Assembly (NCBI RefSeq): GCF_014229245.1
Contig: NZ_JAARZJ010000002.1
Coordinates: 65,763-89,762 of the forward strand
Length of the DNA stretch: 24,000 nucleotides
Reading direction: 5' to 3'
DNA from: Listeria farberi
Lineage (GTDB): Bacteria; Bacillota; Bacilli; Lactobacillales; Listeriaceae
Below are positions 7,906-17,179 of the stretch, in pieces; within the stretch, counting starts at the first letter, position 1, and each line of letters begins with the position of its first letter. The notes below the pieces were generated by a model, which made no database searches, was not told the origin of the DNA, and saw only the letters and a list, made by a program, of their open reading frames with translations. A program made the translations under genes and the position numbers.

Positions 7906-9474
7906 TTAAATATGTTTTTTCTTCCAAAGTAAACCAGCAAATCCAATAAATAATAGACCAATCAGCACCAAGTACAAGTTAGTGTCACCAGTCTTTGGTA
8001 ATGTACTTTTTTCTAATTCTGTTTGTTGTTTTGAGTCATCTAAAGAAGTAGCTGTCTCTGATGCCGTTGTAATTCCAGATTGTTCTTCCTTAATTTCCAG
8101 ATTTCCTGACTCTTCGGAGTAAACTGTTTCTGCCGGTTTAGCTGGATTATTAGGTTCTGTTGATTCTGGTGGATTTATTGGGGTAACTGGATCTGTTGTT
8201 AGTTCTTCATACTGAGCATATAGTGTCATATTGTTTGCTGGCATTTTATCTATAGCGAAGTTCCATTTCTTGCCACCAGTTTTTGCATCGTACCAACCAG
8301 TGAATTTAAACCCGTTTTTACTAGGCTCTGTGGGCTCAGTTACTAATTCATCACTGGCAAAAGTCTCTGCAGATAGTATTCCTTCATTGTCAAAGGTTAC
8401 TGTATACCCTTCAACAAGGGATTGTGTGACCTTCCCACTAAATTCCCCTGTCGATCTACCAATTTGAGTTGTTTCAGAAAAAGAATAATCTAGATCTGCT
8501 ACAAAGCTTGGAAGTTGCCAAGATAAGATATCGTCTGAATAAATACCATTATTACTAATATTCTGCGGCGTCGCAGGTGTTCCATCGATATTTTTTACTT
8601 TATTTTCCAGTGTGAAATTCGTAGAAAAAGCTTTGGGTTGATTGATAATACTCTGATTCTCTGCGAAAAAGTAATCTAATTTGCCAAGGTCAGCATTTTT
8701 TAATGAGCTAATATCACTAATGTGGTTGTTACTAATGTCAATATAAAAGTTATCTGTCCATGAATACTCTGAGTATAATGTCATCATACTTAATGGACTA
8801 ATATCACTTATTTCATTATCATTAAGCGTTAATTGATGAAATGATTTACCAGCAAGCGGGCTAATATCTTCAATTCTATTATTATCCAAATAAATATAAA
8901 CAAATTGGTCTGCTGGAAAATCTCTTAACACACTTATATCACTTATACTATTATTATTTAGTTCTAACACATTTATATTTGGACATGAGCTAAGTGCACT
9001 TATATCACTTATATTGTTACCCGATGCGTGTAATATTTTTATGTTTGGAGATTTACTGAGTGGTGATAAATCACTAATTCTATTTTCCGAAATATATACA
9101 GTTTCTAACTGTGATAATCCTTCTAGCGGTGAAATGTTACTTACAGACTGCTCAGAGATATTAAATTCCAATAAATTTTGAAGATATTCTACACCTTCTA
9201 TAGAATAAATTATTGGTCCTGGCATTCGGTCTGAGTTGCTACCATCTAACTTTGTAATCTTATCTAAATCTGCCTGAGATACTTCATCTGCTGAACTACT
9301 CTTATAGGTCACTTCAGCTATTATTTTAGCCAAATTTTCATCAGGAAAAACTTCATTTATTGGCTTCGGTGATGTTAATATATCTTTTTCAGACGCATTG
9401 GCATTTGGAGAACTAATAAAACCAATTAAGATGAGAGATATGACTAGTAGCGACATTGTTATTGTTTTTTTCAT
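7906..9474 (-). CDS. Internalin-like LRR protein, LPXTG anchored
   Basis: Signal peptide; about 22-residue SDS22-type LRRs ('LNNNSISDISVLRDF...'); Listeria-Bacteroides (Flg_new/InlB B-like) repeat 'YTVTFDNEG...FTGWYDAKTGGKKWNFAIDKMPANNMTLYAQY'; LPKTGD sorting signal. Confidence 0.93.
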   Translation of the reverse strand: MKKTITMSLLVISLILIGFISSPNANASEKDILTSPKPINEVFPDENLAKIIAEVTYKSSSADEVSQADLDKITKLDGSNSDRMPGPIIYSIEGVEYLQNLLEFNISEQSVSNISPLEGLSQLETVYISENRISDLSPLSKSPNIKILHASGNNISDISALSSCPNINVLELNNNSISDISVLRDFPADQFVYIYLDNNRIEDISPLAGKSFHQLTLNDNEISDISPLSMMTLYSEYSWTDNFYIDISNNHISDISSLKNADLGKLDYFFAENQSIINQPKAFSTNFTLENKVKNIDGTPATPQNISNNGIYSDDILSWQLPSFVADLDYSFSETTQIGRSTGEFSGKVTQSLVEGYTVTFDNEGILSAETFASDELVTEPTEPSKNGFKFTGWYDAKTGGKKWNFAIDKMPANNMTLYAQYEELTTDPVTPINPPESTEPNNPAKPAETVYSEESGNLEIKEEQSGITTASETATSLDDSKQQTELEKSTLPKTGDTNLYLVLIGLLFIGFAGLLWKKKHI

Positions 9475-9658
9475 TTAGTTAATCATTCCTCCTAGATGTA
9501 TAAACGATTATATATGCAATTCGCTTTTAATTATTATACAATCAATACAAAACTATTAAGTGCTAATATTAGACTCCATTTTCTAAATTAAATTAAAAAT
9601 GTGGTTAAAATACGAAATTTAATACATATATACTAATTTTTTAGTAGTTTTTTAGTAA

Positions 9659-9710
9659 AAAAATAGACTGTAAACAAAATGATTTCTCAAATTGTTACAA
9701 TCTATTTTTC
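9659..9710. terminator. Possible weak terminator
   Basis: AAAAATAGACTGTAAACAA ... TTGTTACAATCTATTTTT, imperfect stem downstream of the minus-strand gene at 9723. Confidence 0.6.
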
Positions 9711-9722
9711 CTAAGGCCCCTT

Positions 9723-10118
9723 TTAGAAAGTTTGTACTTTTCTCGCTAGACACATAATACCTGCGATAACTGCAAGTACACCTGGAACAATCCATAGTAA
9801 GCTAACTAAGAAAAAACCACCTACGCCAGCTACTAGCGTTAAAATACCAAATACTTTCGCATTACGTTTGATTAATACTGCGAAAACAATTAAAGCAATA
9901 CCAATGACTAAAGCGACTGCAGATAAAATTACAGCAAAACCACCGGCAGCAGCAAGTGCTTCTGTATCAGTAGTAGACATTGTTGCTGCGCCAGATAGTT
10001 CTTCGCTACCAGATAAAGCAGCAAGAAGACCTCCACCTGCGATTCCTGTAATACCAGCGATAATACCTGTAATTCCTGCTATTAATGTTAGAATGAATTC
10101 TGGTTTTCTTGGATTCAT
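9723..10118 (-). CDS. DUF4064-like small multi-pass membrane protein
   Basis: Four hydrophobic segments, 'RKPEFILTLIAGITGII...' start and GGGAGG SD. Confidence 0.75.
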   Translation of the reverse strand: MNPRKPEFILTLIAGITGIIAGITGIAGGGLLAALSGSEELSGAATMSTTDTEALAAAGGFAVILSAVALVIGIALIVFAVLIKRNAKVFGILTLVAGVGGFFLVSLLWIVPGVLAVIAGIMCLARKVQTF

Positions 10119-10241
10119 GTTGTTAAAACCTCCCTTTTTAAATAGTCATTTATTAGTATACCATTAATTCACACGAAAAATGTAGACATTTAGTGTATTT
10201 TTATTTAAATTATCTTTTTATTGTACAATTTCAACTCTTTA

Positions 10242-10270
10242 AAAAAGACCTCTCATCTGGAGAGGTCTTA
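10242..10270. terminator. Intrinsic terminator
   Basis: AAGACCTCTC atct GGAGAGGTCTT, followed by a U run on the minus strand. Confidence 0.85.
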
Positions 10271-10606
10271 AATATCTTCGCGTTCTAGCCATAAACTGAG
10301 TAGAACATCATTTTCTTCTTTAATATCTTCTTTTGTCATTTCGGGTTTAATGTCTACTTTTTCAAGAATTTCAAATTGAATAGTGTCAATACCATGTTCA
10401 ATTGCTTCCTTGGCCATTTCTGGTGGCAGCATATTTCCCGCTCCAATTTTCACTCCGAAAGCAAGCTTATTGGCTATTCCTTTTAAATCCATTGTATTAT
10501 CGATGAAGTATTTGCCAGTTTTTGTACTGATAAAACGGTATACTCCAGCGTCAGGCGCTTTTTCTTTATATGCGCGAATCAGCTCTTTGCGGTTTTCTTT
10601 ATCCAT
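10268..10606 (-). CDS. GIY-YIG-like (LuxR-associated type) protein with degenerate catalytic motifs
   Basis: 'GVYRFISTKTGKYFIDNTMDLKGI...FEILEKVD' resembles the GIY-YIG_LuxR_like family. The tracked ORF starts at 10687, which would overlap the upstream gene by 68 nt; ATG at 10606 preceded by AAGGA is preferred. Confidence 0.6.
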   Translation of the reverse strand: MDKENRKELIRAYKEKAPDAGVYRFISTKTGKYFIDNTMDLKGIANKLAFGVKIGAGNMLPPEMAKEAIEHGIDTIQFEILEKVDIKPEMTKEDIKEENDVLLSLWLEREDI

Positions 10607-10619
10607 TTGTTTCACATCC

Positions 10620-11099
10620 TTAATACCCTGCTTCTTGTAAAAGTTTGCTAAGTGTCTTGAGGCGTTCGCTGAGGAGTTCATCATCATTTTTTAATGCTTG
10701 TTCAAATAATTGAATGTCTTCGTCGATATACTCGTTATCTTCACAAACAGCAATAGTCAGCGCATCCCCTTGCAAGCCGATACGGTCAAGCGTTGGATTT
10801 TCTTTATCGTAAAAATTGGGTAGACGATAAGCATCTTTGAAATGAACCTTCGTTCTTGCAATTAAAATAGCTAAGTCAAGTACGCGATGTAAAGGAAGCT
10901 CTTCAGATTGGCGCGACCATTTATCTCCCGTATGACGCCAAACTTTAGCTGAAATATCTACTTTTCCGCGATCGTTCCACTGTGCAAGTCCAAGTGAAAG
11001 ACCTTTAGCATCCGAGTGATACGCACTTTTACCGTCTACTTCTTCGTAATTTTCGGCAACAATCACTGGTTTATGTTTTAAGGTAGTTGGAATCTTCAT
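10620..11099 (-). CDS. DUF6530-like conserved hypothetical protein
   Basis: 'HKPVIVAENYEEVDGKSAYHSDAKGLSLGLAQWNDRG...SAKVWRHTG.KWSRQSEELPLHRVLDLAILI' matches my memory of this family; AGGAG SD. Confidence 0.7.
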   Translation of the reverse strand: MKIPTTLKHKPVIVAENYEEVDGKSAYHSDAKGLSLGLAQWNDRGKVDISAKVWRHTGDKWSRQSEELPLHRVLDLAILIARTKVHFKDAYRLPNFYDKENPTLDRIGLQGDALTIAVCEDNEYIDEDIQLFEQALKNDDELLSERLKTLSKLLQEAGY

Positions 11100-11162
11100 T
11101 AGATTTCTCCTTTTAAATTTTAGTAATTTACTAAATTAGTATATTACTAATTTTATAAAATG

Positions 11163-11202
11163 TAAAGAAAAACTTTCCTAATGACTAGGAAAGTTCATTT
11201 TT
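11163..11202. terminator. Intrinsic terminator
   Basis: GAAAAACTTTCCTA atgac TAGGAAAGTTcattttt. Confidence 0.75.
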
Positions 11203-11922
11203 CATATGTAATTGTTGTAGTCCGTCTGGCAGGTCTACTTTGATGGTTCGACTATTTGTAACTTTTACGAGGTCCTTGTCGGTTTGATAAGTGCCGGTTG
11301 CAGGAAGAACATAATCATCTAAGCCGACCATTTCACCATTTTCTACCATTCCGGTAATGTACCACGGGTGACCAAGAAGTTGTTCAGCTTCTAGGAAATG
11401 ACCGCGCCGAATAAAAGCTCGAATGTTCGTGGAGCTGATTTTTGTTTGGTTTGTTTCAATCACTGGGACAGAAGTGACGCCGATACCATAGGGCTTACAA
11501 AGGTCCCGCAGTAAATCCACATCAGAATCGCGCCCTTTTCCAAAATTAAACTCAGAACCAACGATGATATGCGATAGTTGTAAATTGGTCAAATGGTCCG
11601 TAACAAACTCTTCTGGCGTGGTTTCCGCATACCTTGGTGTAAAAGCTGTTTCGATGAGATAATCTACACCATAATGCGCGAGCCAGCGTTCTTTTTCCAT
11701 TCTTGGTGTGAGCATTTCGCGGTATATTTCGATTTGTTTTAAAGCCCAAAGCGGATGTGGACTGAAACTAATAGCAGTCAAAATTTCGTTTTCTTTTTTG
11801 ATGGATAAAGCTGTATTTAAAATGGTTTGGTGACCAAGATGAACGCCGTCAAATTTACCGATTGTTAATACTGCGGGGCGACTATCTTTATTTGGTTCGA
11901 GTGTTACGTGTGATACTTCCAT
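11185..11922 (-). CDS. RibF-like FAD synthetase (FMN adenylyltransferase), short C-terminal domain
   Basis: 'LTIGKFDGVHLGHQTIL', 'SFSPHP', 'GSEFNFGKGRDSDVDLLRDL', 'KISSTNIR'; total only 245 aa, compared with about 310 for bifunctional RibF. Confidence 0.9.
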   Translation of the reverse strand: MEVSHVTLEPNKDSRPAVLTIGKFDGVHLGHQTILNTALSIKKENEILTAISFSPHPLWALKQIEIYREMLTPRMEKERWLAHYGVDYLIETAFTPRYAETTPEEFVTDHLTNLQLSHIIVGSEFNFGKGRDSDVDLLRDLCKPYGIGVTSVPVIETNQTKISSTNIRAFIRRGHFLEAEQLLGHPWYITGMVENGEMVGLDDYVLPATGTYQTDKDLVKVTNSRTIKVDLPDGLQQLHMKNELS

Positions 11923-11990
11923 TGGCTGATTTCCCCCATTCCTCTCTAAGTTTATAGTATAACAAGGGCATCGTGCAAATTTATTGATTG

Positions 11991-12028
11991 CATAAAAAAA
12001 GACCTTTTCTAATTTCGAAAAGGCCTTG
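11991..12028. terminator. Intrinsic terminator of glmS
   Basis: AAGACCTTTTCTAATTTCGAAAAGGCCTT, U run on the minus strand. Confidence 0.75.
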
Positions 12029-12034
12029 AATATT

Positions 12035-13840
12035 TTATTCTACTGTGACACTTTTTGCTAAGTTTCTTGGTTTGTCAACATCGCAGTCACGGTGAAGTGC
12101 TGCGTAATAAGCTAATAGTTGACACGGGATAACGCTTGCGAGTGGTGTTAATAATGGATGTACTTGTGGAATAACAAAGCGGTCACCTGGTTGCGCAACG
12201 TTTTCCATTGCAAATACACAAGTTTTTGCTCCACGCGCTAAGACTTCATTTACATTTCCACGAATATTCCAATTGATTGACTCTTGCGTGATAAGTGCTA
12301 AAACTGGTGTACCGTCTTCAATAAGCGCAATAGTACCATGTTTTAATTCCCCACTTGCAAAACCTTCTGCTTGAATATACGAAATTTCTTTTAGTTTAAG
12401 TGCTGCTTCCATCGCTACGAAATAATCGATATTTCTACCTAAGAAGAAAGCGTTACGAGAAGTCGCTAAGTATTCGCCAGCAATATGTTCGATTACTTCT
12501 TTACTAGAAACCATTGCTTCCATAGCAGTTGCAACGATACCTAATTCAGCAGCCAAGTTAATGCTAAGTGCTTCAGCATCACCAATTTCACGACCAAGTG
12601 AAACTGCAAGTACTGCTAAAACCGAAATCTGTGCGGTGTATGCTTTTGTTGATGCAACCGCAATTTCAGGTCCAGCATAGAGATACATCGAATGATCTGC
12701 TTCACGGTCAAGCGTAGAGCCTGGTACGTTCGTTAATGTCAACGTCCGGTAGCCCAGTTCTTTCACTTTTACAAGACATTGGCGGCTGTCCGCAGTTTCC
12801 CCACTTTGGGTAATGAAAATGAATAACGGCTTTTTAGACATTAGCGGTAAATTATAGCCAAACTCACTAGAAACATGTACTTCTACAGGAATTTTCGCCA
12901 TTTTTTCGATTAAATTTTTTCCGACTAAACCAGCATGATAGCTCGTGCCACAAGCGACTATATGAATACGGTCAGAAGATAAAATTTCATCAAGGATTGT
13001 TTGATCGACGTTGATTTCTCCAGCTTCATTTTGGTAAGCTTGGATGATTTTACGTGTTACTGCTGGTTGTTCGTCGATTTCTTTTAACATATAGTGTGGG
13101 TATGTGCCTTTTTCGATGTCAGATGCATCTAATTCAGCAGTGTAGCTTGCGCGGCTAACTTCTTCCCCTTCTAATGTTTCTAATGTAAAACCGTCTTTTG
13201 TAACGATAACGATTTCTTTATCCATAATTTCCACGAATTCATCGGTTTCTTTAAGAACAGCCATTGCGTCACTTGCAATAACGTTGAAATTTTCGCCTTT
13301 TCCGATTAGTAACGGGCTTTTGTTTTTTGCTGCGTAAAGTGTTTCTGTATCAGTTTGGTCAATTAAGCAAATGGCATATGAACCGTGAAGTAATGATAAA
13401 GCTTTCTTGAAGGCTTCTTTTGTAGAAAGATTTTCAGCAAATAATTCAATAAGCTGCACGATTACTTCTGTATCTGTATCACTAATAAATGAATGATTTT
13501 TTAAATATTCTTCTTTTAAAAGTGTATAGTTTTCGATTACACCGTTATGAACAATCGTAAAACGGCCTGATTTGCTTTGGTGCGGGTGAGCGTTCTCGTG
13601 ATTTGGTTTACCGTGCGTTGCCCATCGTGTATGTCCGATTCCGGTTGTACCAAATGCATCACTTGGTACAAGGCTAGCAAGGTCTGCAATCCGTCCTTTT
13701 TCTTTTACAACTGTTACTAGGTCTTTGTTTTGTAAGGCGATTCCTGCTGAGTCATAACCGCGATATTCTAATTTTTCAAGTCCTTCTAATAAAATACCTT
13801 TTGCATTGTTTGTTCCAATATATCCAACGATTCCACACAT
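12035..13840 (-). CDS. glmS: Glutamine--fructose-6-phosphate aminotransferase (isomerizing)
   Basis: N-terminal MCGIVGYIG with Cys nucleophile, two SIS domains, C-terminal [13 protein letters not shown]. Start at 13840 gives the canonical MCGIVG; the tracked start 13855 is too early (GGAGG SD lies inside it). Confidence 0.98.
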   Translation of the reverse strand: MCGIVGYIGTNNAKGILLEGLEKLEYRGYDSAGIALQNKDLVTVVKEKGRIADLASLVPSDAFGTTGIGHTRWATHGKPNHENAHPHQSKSGRFTIVHNGVIENYTLLKEEYLKNHSFISDTDTEVIVQLIELFAENLSTKEAFKKALSLLHGSYAICLIDQTDTETLYAAKNKSPLLIGKGENFNVIASDAMAVLKETDEFVEIMDKEIVIVTKDGFTLETLEGEEVSRASYTAELDASDIEKGTYPHYMLKEIDEQPAVTRKIIQAYQNEAGEINVDQTILDEILSSDRIHIVACGTSYHAGLVGKNLIEKMAKIPVEVHVSSEFGYNLPLMSKKPLFIFITQSGETADSRQCLVKVKELGYRTLTLTNVPGSTLDREADHSMYLYAGPEIAVASTKAYTAQISVLAVLAVSLGREIGDAEALSINLAAELGIVATAMEAMVSSKEVIEHIAGEYLATSRNAFFLGRNIDYFVAMEAALKLKEISYIQAEGFASGELKHGTIALIEDGTPVLALITQESINWNIRGNVNEVLARGAKTCVFAMENVAQPGDRFVIPQVHPLLTPLASVIPCQLLAYYAALHRDCDVDKPRNLAKSVTVE

Positions 13841-13924
13841 AATAAATTCCTCCAATAATTAGCTTGAGGGCAGACTTGTCCAATTTCAAGCCCTCTACAT
13901 TTTTTGGTTTCCTTGGAGGGTTCT

Positions 13925-14112
13925 TGCACATGTTTCATTACTACTCTGTCCACTTGGTCACCCAAATGATTTGTAAGTAAGACTTAACGACTGCATGCAC
14001 AGCCGGGAGACTCCCGCCGAAATTTCGATTAATCTCCTCCTCGTCAACTGATCCGTTACTTTCCAGGAATTTCACCTTTAAGCATTTTCGTCCCAATCAG
14101 TTCTGGCGCTTC
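13925..14112 (-). ncRNA. glmS ribozyme / GlcN6P riboswitch
   Basis: Minus strand begins AGCGCCAGAACTG (conserved cleavage site and P1/P2 strand; cleavage expected between A14110 and G14109), followed by GTTGACGAGG...TCGAAATTTCGGCGGGAGTCTCCCGGC...GGGTGACCAAGTGGACAGAGTAGTAATGAAACA, as in known glmS ribozymes, directly upstream of glmS. Confidence 0.96.
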
Positions 14113-14160
14113 TATTCAGTTGTACTATCCTCCTTCAATACTTTTCAAGGAAACAAATTC

Positions 14161-14189
14161 ATTTTACAATAATATGTATACTAGGTCAA
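14161..14189 (-). promoter_or_regulatory. glmS promoter, sigma-A type
   Basis: TTGACC (14189-14184), 17 nt spacer, TAAAAT (14166-14161). Confidence 0.8.
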
Positions 14190-14228
14190 GCATTATATAT
14201 AGCCGTTTATTCAAAATTGGTCTATACA

Positions 14229-14256
14229 TTGACAAAAAATAACAAATGACTAATAA
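14229..14256 (+). promoter_or_regulatory. Sigma-A-like promoter of small LPXTG gene
   Basis: TTGACA 14229-14234, TAATAT 14251-14256, 16 nt spacer. Confidence 0.6.
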
Positions 14257-14287
14257 TATAGTTATGATAGAAAAAGGAGCGAGCCGT

Positions 14288-14500
14288 ATGGTTTTATCAA
14301 AAAAAATAGTTTCTAGTATTGCTATATTTTTTTCGCTAAGTTTTATTTATTTTCGTGTGAGCACAGTTCATGCAGTCGAGCATACAAGTAATGCATCACT
14401 TTTACCTTCGACTGGAGATGCATTTTCGGTTTGGCCGATTGTTATCGGAGTACTTCTAGTAGTCTTAGCAGTCGTTCTTTTCATTAAGAAAAAAATATAA
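14288..14500 (+). CDS. Very small LPXTG cell-wall anchored peptide/protein
   Basis: AAAGGAGC SD then ATG at 14288; MVLSKKIVSSIAIFFSLSFIYFRVSTVHA signal peptide, VEHTSNASLLPSTGD sorting motif, TM and KKKI tail. The tracked start 14246 is upstream of the SD. Confidence 0.82.
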   Translation: MVLSKKIVSSIAIFFSLSFIYFRVSTVHAVEHTSNASLLPSTGDAFSVWPIVIGVLLVVLAVVLFIKKKI

Positions 14501-14501
14501 A

Positions 14502-14542
14502 AAAACGTTTGGAAGCTCGATTATGCTTCCAAACGTTTTTTT
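14502..14542. terminator. Bidirectional intrinsic terminator
   Basis: AAAAAACGTTTGGAAGC tcgattat GCTTCCAAACGTTTTTT between convergent genes. Confidence 0.93.
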
Positions 14543-15269
14543 ATGATTTGCTTAAATAAATAGCTTGTTTTCCCATGGCGGACCAACCTTCTTCTAAGAC
14601 AGCTCTTTTTACAGCGCGATTTTTATGTCCGTATGGATCGTTGATATAAAAATTTTCCTTATCAAATCCAGTAATGACAACGCTATGCATGGAATAAGTG
14701 ATTTTCTTTTTGCCTTCTTTTGTTTGTACCGTTTGCCAATTTTTTGGTGCATGGTAATCGGTTGTTGTGATAATCCAAACGGGTGCTCCTGTGCTAAGTA
14801 CGGTAACGATATCGGTTATATCATTCCCGCTAATATCATGTACATGCGCTTCGTTAACATACTTAGCAGCAAGTTTAGCGATGGGAGCATGATTCACCCC
14901 TAGTCCTTTACTATCTCCACTGATGCTCCCAACAAATGCTTTATCAGGATTTCCGTGAAAGCCGTTTTGTTCAATAGGCGTGGTTGGAAGGGTCGCTGCT
15001 AGTTCATTTTTGGTAACATTTTTCCCAGTGAATTGTAAGAGCATTGCAAGACTTGTTACTTCACAGCCGTTAAAAAGAATAGGCGCATCCATTTGATTAA
15101 CGAGAGGAACATCGAGTCTTACATTAAAAGGTTCATTGTCTAATTTATAAACTACTTTGGCGCTTTCGAGTTTGACGGTTGGTGAATAAAAGGTATATTT
15201 CGTATTTAGAAGGGTCAAACTAAATATACAAGCTGTAATAACAAGTAGTGATTTTATCCAAATTCGCAT
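14541..15269 (-). CDS. Secreted C39-like cysteine peptidase family protein (YvpB/Peptidase_C39_2 type)
   Basis: N-terminal signal/TM; 'VPLVNQMDAPILFNGCEVTSLAMLLQFTGKNVTKNELA' and 'YSMHSVVITGFDKENFYINDPYG'. Confidence 0.85.
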   Translation of the reverse strand: MRIWIKSLLVITACIFSLTLLNTKYTFYSPTVKLESAKVVYKLDNEPFNVRLDVPLVNQMDAPILFNGCEVTSLAMLLQFTGKNVTKNELAATLPTTPIEQNGFHGNPDKAFVGSISGDSKGLGVNHAPIAKLAAKYVNEAHVHDISGNDITDIVTVLSTGAPVWIITTTDYHAPKNWQTVQTKEGKKKITYSMHSVVITGFDKENFYINDPYGHKNRAVKRAVLEEGWSAMGKQAIYLSKS

Positions 15270-15282
15270 TTGTACATGCTAC

Positions 15283-17091
15283 CTAGACATTTTCGGCTAG
15301 GACTGGCTCTCCGGGTTCTTTTGTTTCCAGTTCTTCTTCTACTTCGACCGCTTCTTCGCTTACTTCGGTATTGAAGTTAGCGATATACCCTTCTAATGAG
15401 CCGGAAATTTTTTGCATTTCTTCTGAGATAACTACTAGCTCGTCCACTTTCATTTTATTAACTTCCGCGAATTCAAGTGCGGCTGTTGATTTTTCACCAA
15501 TTTGGTTAGAGATTTCTGTGACATCGCTAATCGATGTGTTTACTTCTTCAATTCCAGCAGCCATTTCTTCTGTTTCTTGTGAGACGTTTTGCATTTGTGC
15601 AGAAATATCGTTCACACGGTTGAGTAAATCTGTAAATGTCGCTTCTGTTTCAGAAATGATTTTTTGACCTGCTTCTGACTCAGAAAGTCCAGTGTTCATT
15701 ACTTCAATCGTTGTTTTTGATTCAGTTTGGATTTTTTTCAGTACCGTATTAATATCTACAACAGCAAGACGAGATTGTTCTGCTAACTTACGGACTTCTT
15801 CAGCTACAACTGCAAAGCCGCGGCCATGTTCTCCAGCACGTGCGGATTCAATTGCAGCATTTAAGGCTAGCAAGTTCGTTTGGTCAGCGATATTTGTAAC
15901 GGTATCAAGTGCTTTTTCGACTTCGCCAACGCGATTAACGAGTTGAGATACGACGTCTGTGCTCGAACGCATAACACCGCTGATACGATCCATTTGTGAT
16001 ACTAAATTGTTAATAACAGCAATTCCATCATTTGTTTTTTCTGCGGAGTCTTTTGTTAAGTCAGATACTTTCAGGGCATATTCCGCAACGTTTTGAACGC
16101 CACCTGTCATTTGATCCATGGCATCGGTACTTTCTTTCATGCTGCCGATTTGCGTTTGGATTTGTTCGCCCATCATTTTCATTTCGATGTCCATTTCTGT
16201 TGTCATTGCTGAAATAATTTCTGAACTAATAATAACGTTATCACTGGAAGATTTAACGTCTGTAGATGCTTTTTTAATATCTTCAATCATTAATCTTAGG
16301 TTTTCGCTCATTTCGTTTAGGTCATTTGTGATGTCACCTAATTCATCTTTACCATTGTATGTGCTACGGTATGACAAGTCCCCACTCGCTACTTTATGTA
16401 CAGCCGTTTGCAAGTGACGAATTCCTTTTAAAATAACTCGTGTAATATAAGCGTTGAAAATGAATAGCGAAATAAGTACAGCAATGATAACCGCTGTGAA
16501 GATTAAACTAATTTTCACGCCAAAATCAGAAATGGCTTGCGAAGACTTTTCGACTTCATTATAGTTCATTTCATTTAAAACGTTTAATTGTTTTGTCGCA
16601 TCGTCAAATTTTGTTTTAACATTTTGGTAATATCGATTTTGTGCTCCTAAAAGTTCTGCGTCGTCCAGTGCACTTGAAGTATCACTGATGACAGAGGATG
16701 CTGCTGACTTCATATCCGCTAATTTTTCTTCAAAGTAGGCTAATTGTTTTTTATCCTCTGTTGTTAAATCTGCTTTTTTGAAATTATGGATTGCTTGGTC
16801 ATTTTCAGCATAAAGCGTATCAATTTCTTTAATAAGGGTTGATTTTCCGTTAATAGTGTCGAACATGGTCAGGATGTCGATATTGATTTGTGCCATGTTT
16901 GTTTGGATTTTTGCAATTTCTTTCATTGGTGCTACATTATTATCAACCATATTATCTGAAAGTGTTGCAACATGACGAAAACCTAGGAAGCTAGTTGCGC
17001 CAAGTCCGATTAACATGATGGTCGTTATAACAATATTGATGCTTAGTTTTGTTTTCAATTTACGATTTTTAATTAAATTCACCCATTCCAC
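15283..17091 (-). CDS. Methyl-accepting chemotaxis protein
   Basis: 4-helix-bundle-like periplasmic/extracellular domain between two TMs, HAMP, signalling hairpin '[40 protein letters not shown]'. Confidence 0.97.
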   Translation of the reverse strand: MEWVNLIKNRKLKTKLSINIVITTIMLIGLGATSFLGFRHVATLSDNMVDNNVAPMKEIAKIQTNMAQINIDILTMFDTINGKSTLIKEIDTLYAENDQAIHNFKKADLTTEDKKQLAYFEEKLADMKSAASSVISDTSSALDDAELLGAQNRYYQNVKTKFDDATKQLNVLNEMNYNEVEKSSQAISDFGVKISLIFTAVIIAVLISLFIFNAYITRVILKGIRHLQTAVHKVASGDLSYRSTYNGKDELGDITNDLNEMSENLRLMIEDIKKASTDVKSSSDNVIISSEIISAMTTEMDIEMKMMGEQIQTQIGSMKESTDAMDQMTGGVQNVAEYALKVSDLTKDSAEKTNDGIAVINNLVSQMDRISGVMRSSTDVVSQLVNRVGEVEKALDTVTNIADQTNLLALNAAIESARAGEHGRGFAVVAEEVRKLAEQSRLAVVDINTVLKKIQTESKTTIEVMNTGLSESEAGQKIISETEATFTDLLNRVNDISAQMQNVSQETEEMAAGIEEVNTSISDVTEISNQIGEKSTAALEFAEVNKMKVDELVVISEEMQKISGSLEGYIANFNTEVSEEAVEVEEELETKEPGEPVLAENV

Positions 17092-17126
17092 ACTCCTATT
17101 CTCTAATTCTAGTTCATTATCTCATA

Positions 17127-17179
17127 TTTTTTTAAAAAACTCCATATTTTATTGTAAAATAATTAGTTTTAATAAAAAA
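17127..17179. promoter_or_regulatory. Three TTTT-N5-AAAA boxes (MogR-type operator array)
   Basis: TTTTTTTAAAAAA (17127-17139), TTTTATTGTAAAA (17147-17159), TTTTAATAAAAAA (17167-17179), starts exactly 20 bp apart. Confidence 0.7.

Noticed and set aside
9630-9660. Additional TTTT-N5-AAAA-like motif (TTTTTTAGTAAAA)
   Set aside because: Isolated match in highly AT-rich sequence next to a terminator and not at a motility gene promoter; probably chance.
9868-10167. 99-aa plus-strand ORF
   Set aside because: Shadow of the repetitive GIIAGITGI membrane protein gene; Ala/Pro-rich artefact.
15371-16417. Plus-strand ORFs opposite the chemotaxis receptor (15371, 15692, 16032, 16118)
   Set aside because: Shadow ORFs of a clear MCP gene, no initiation signals.
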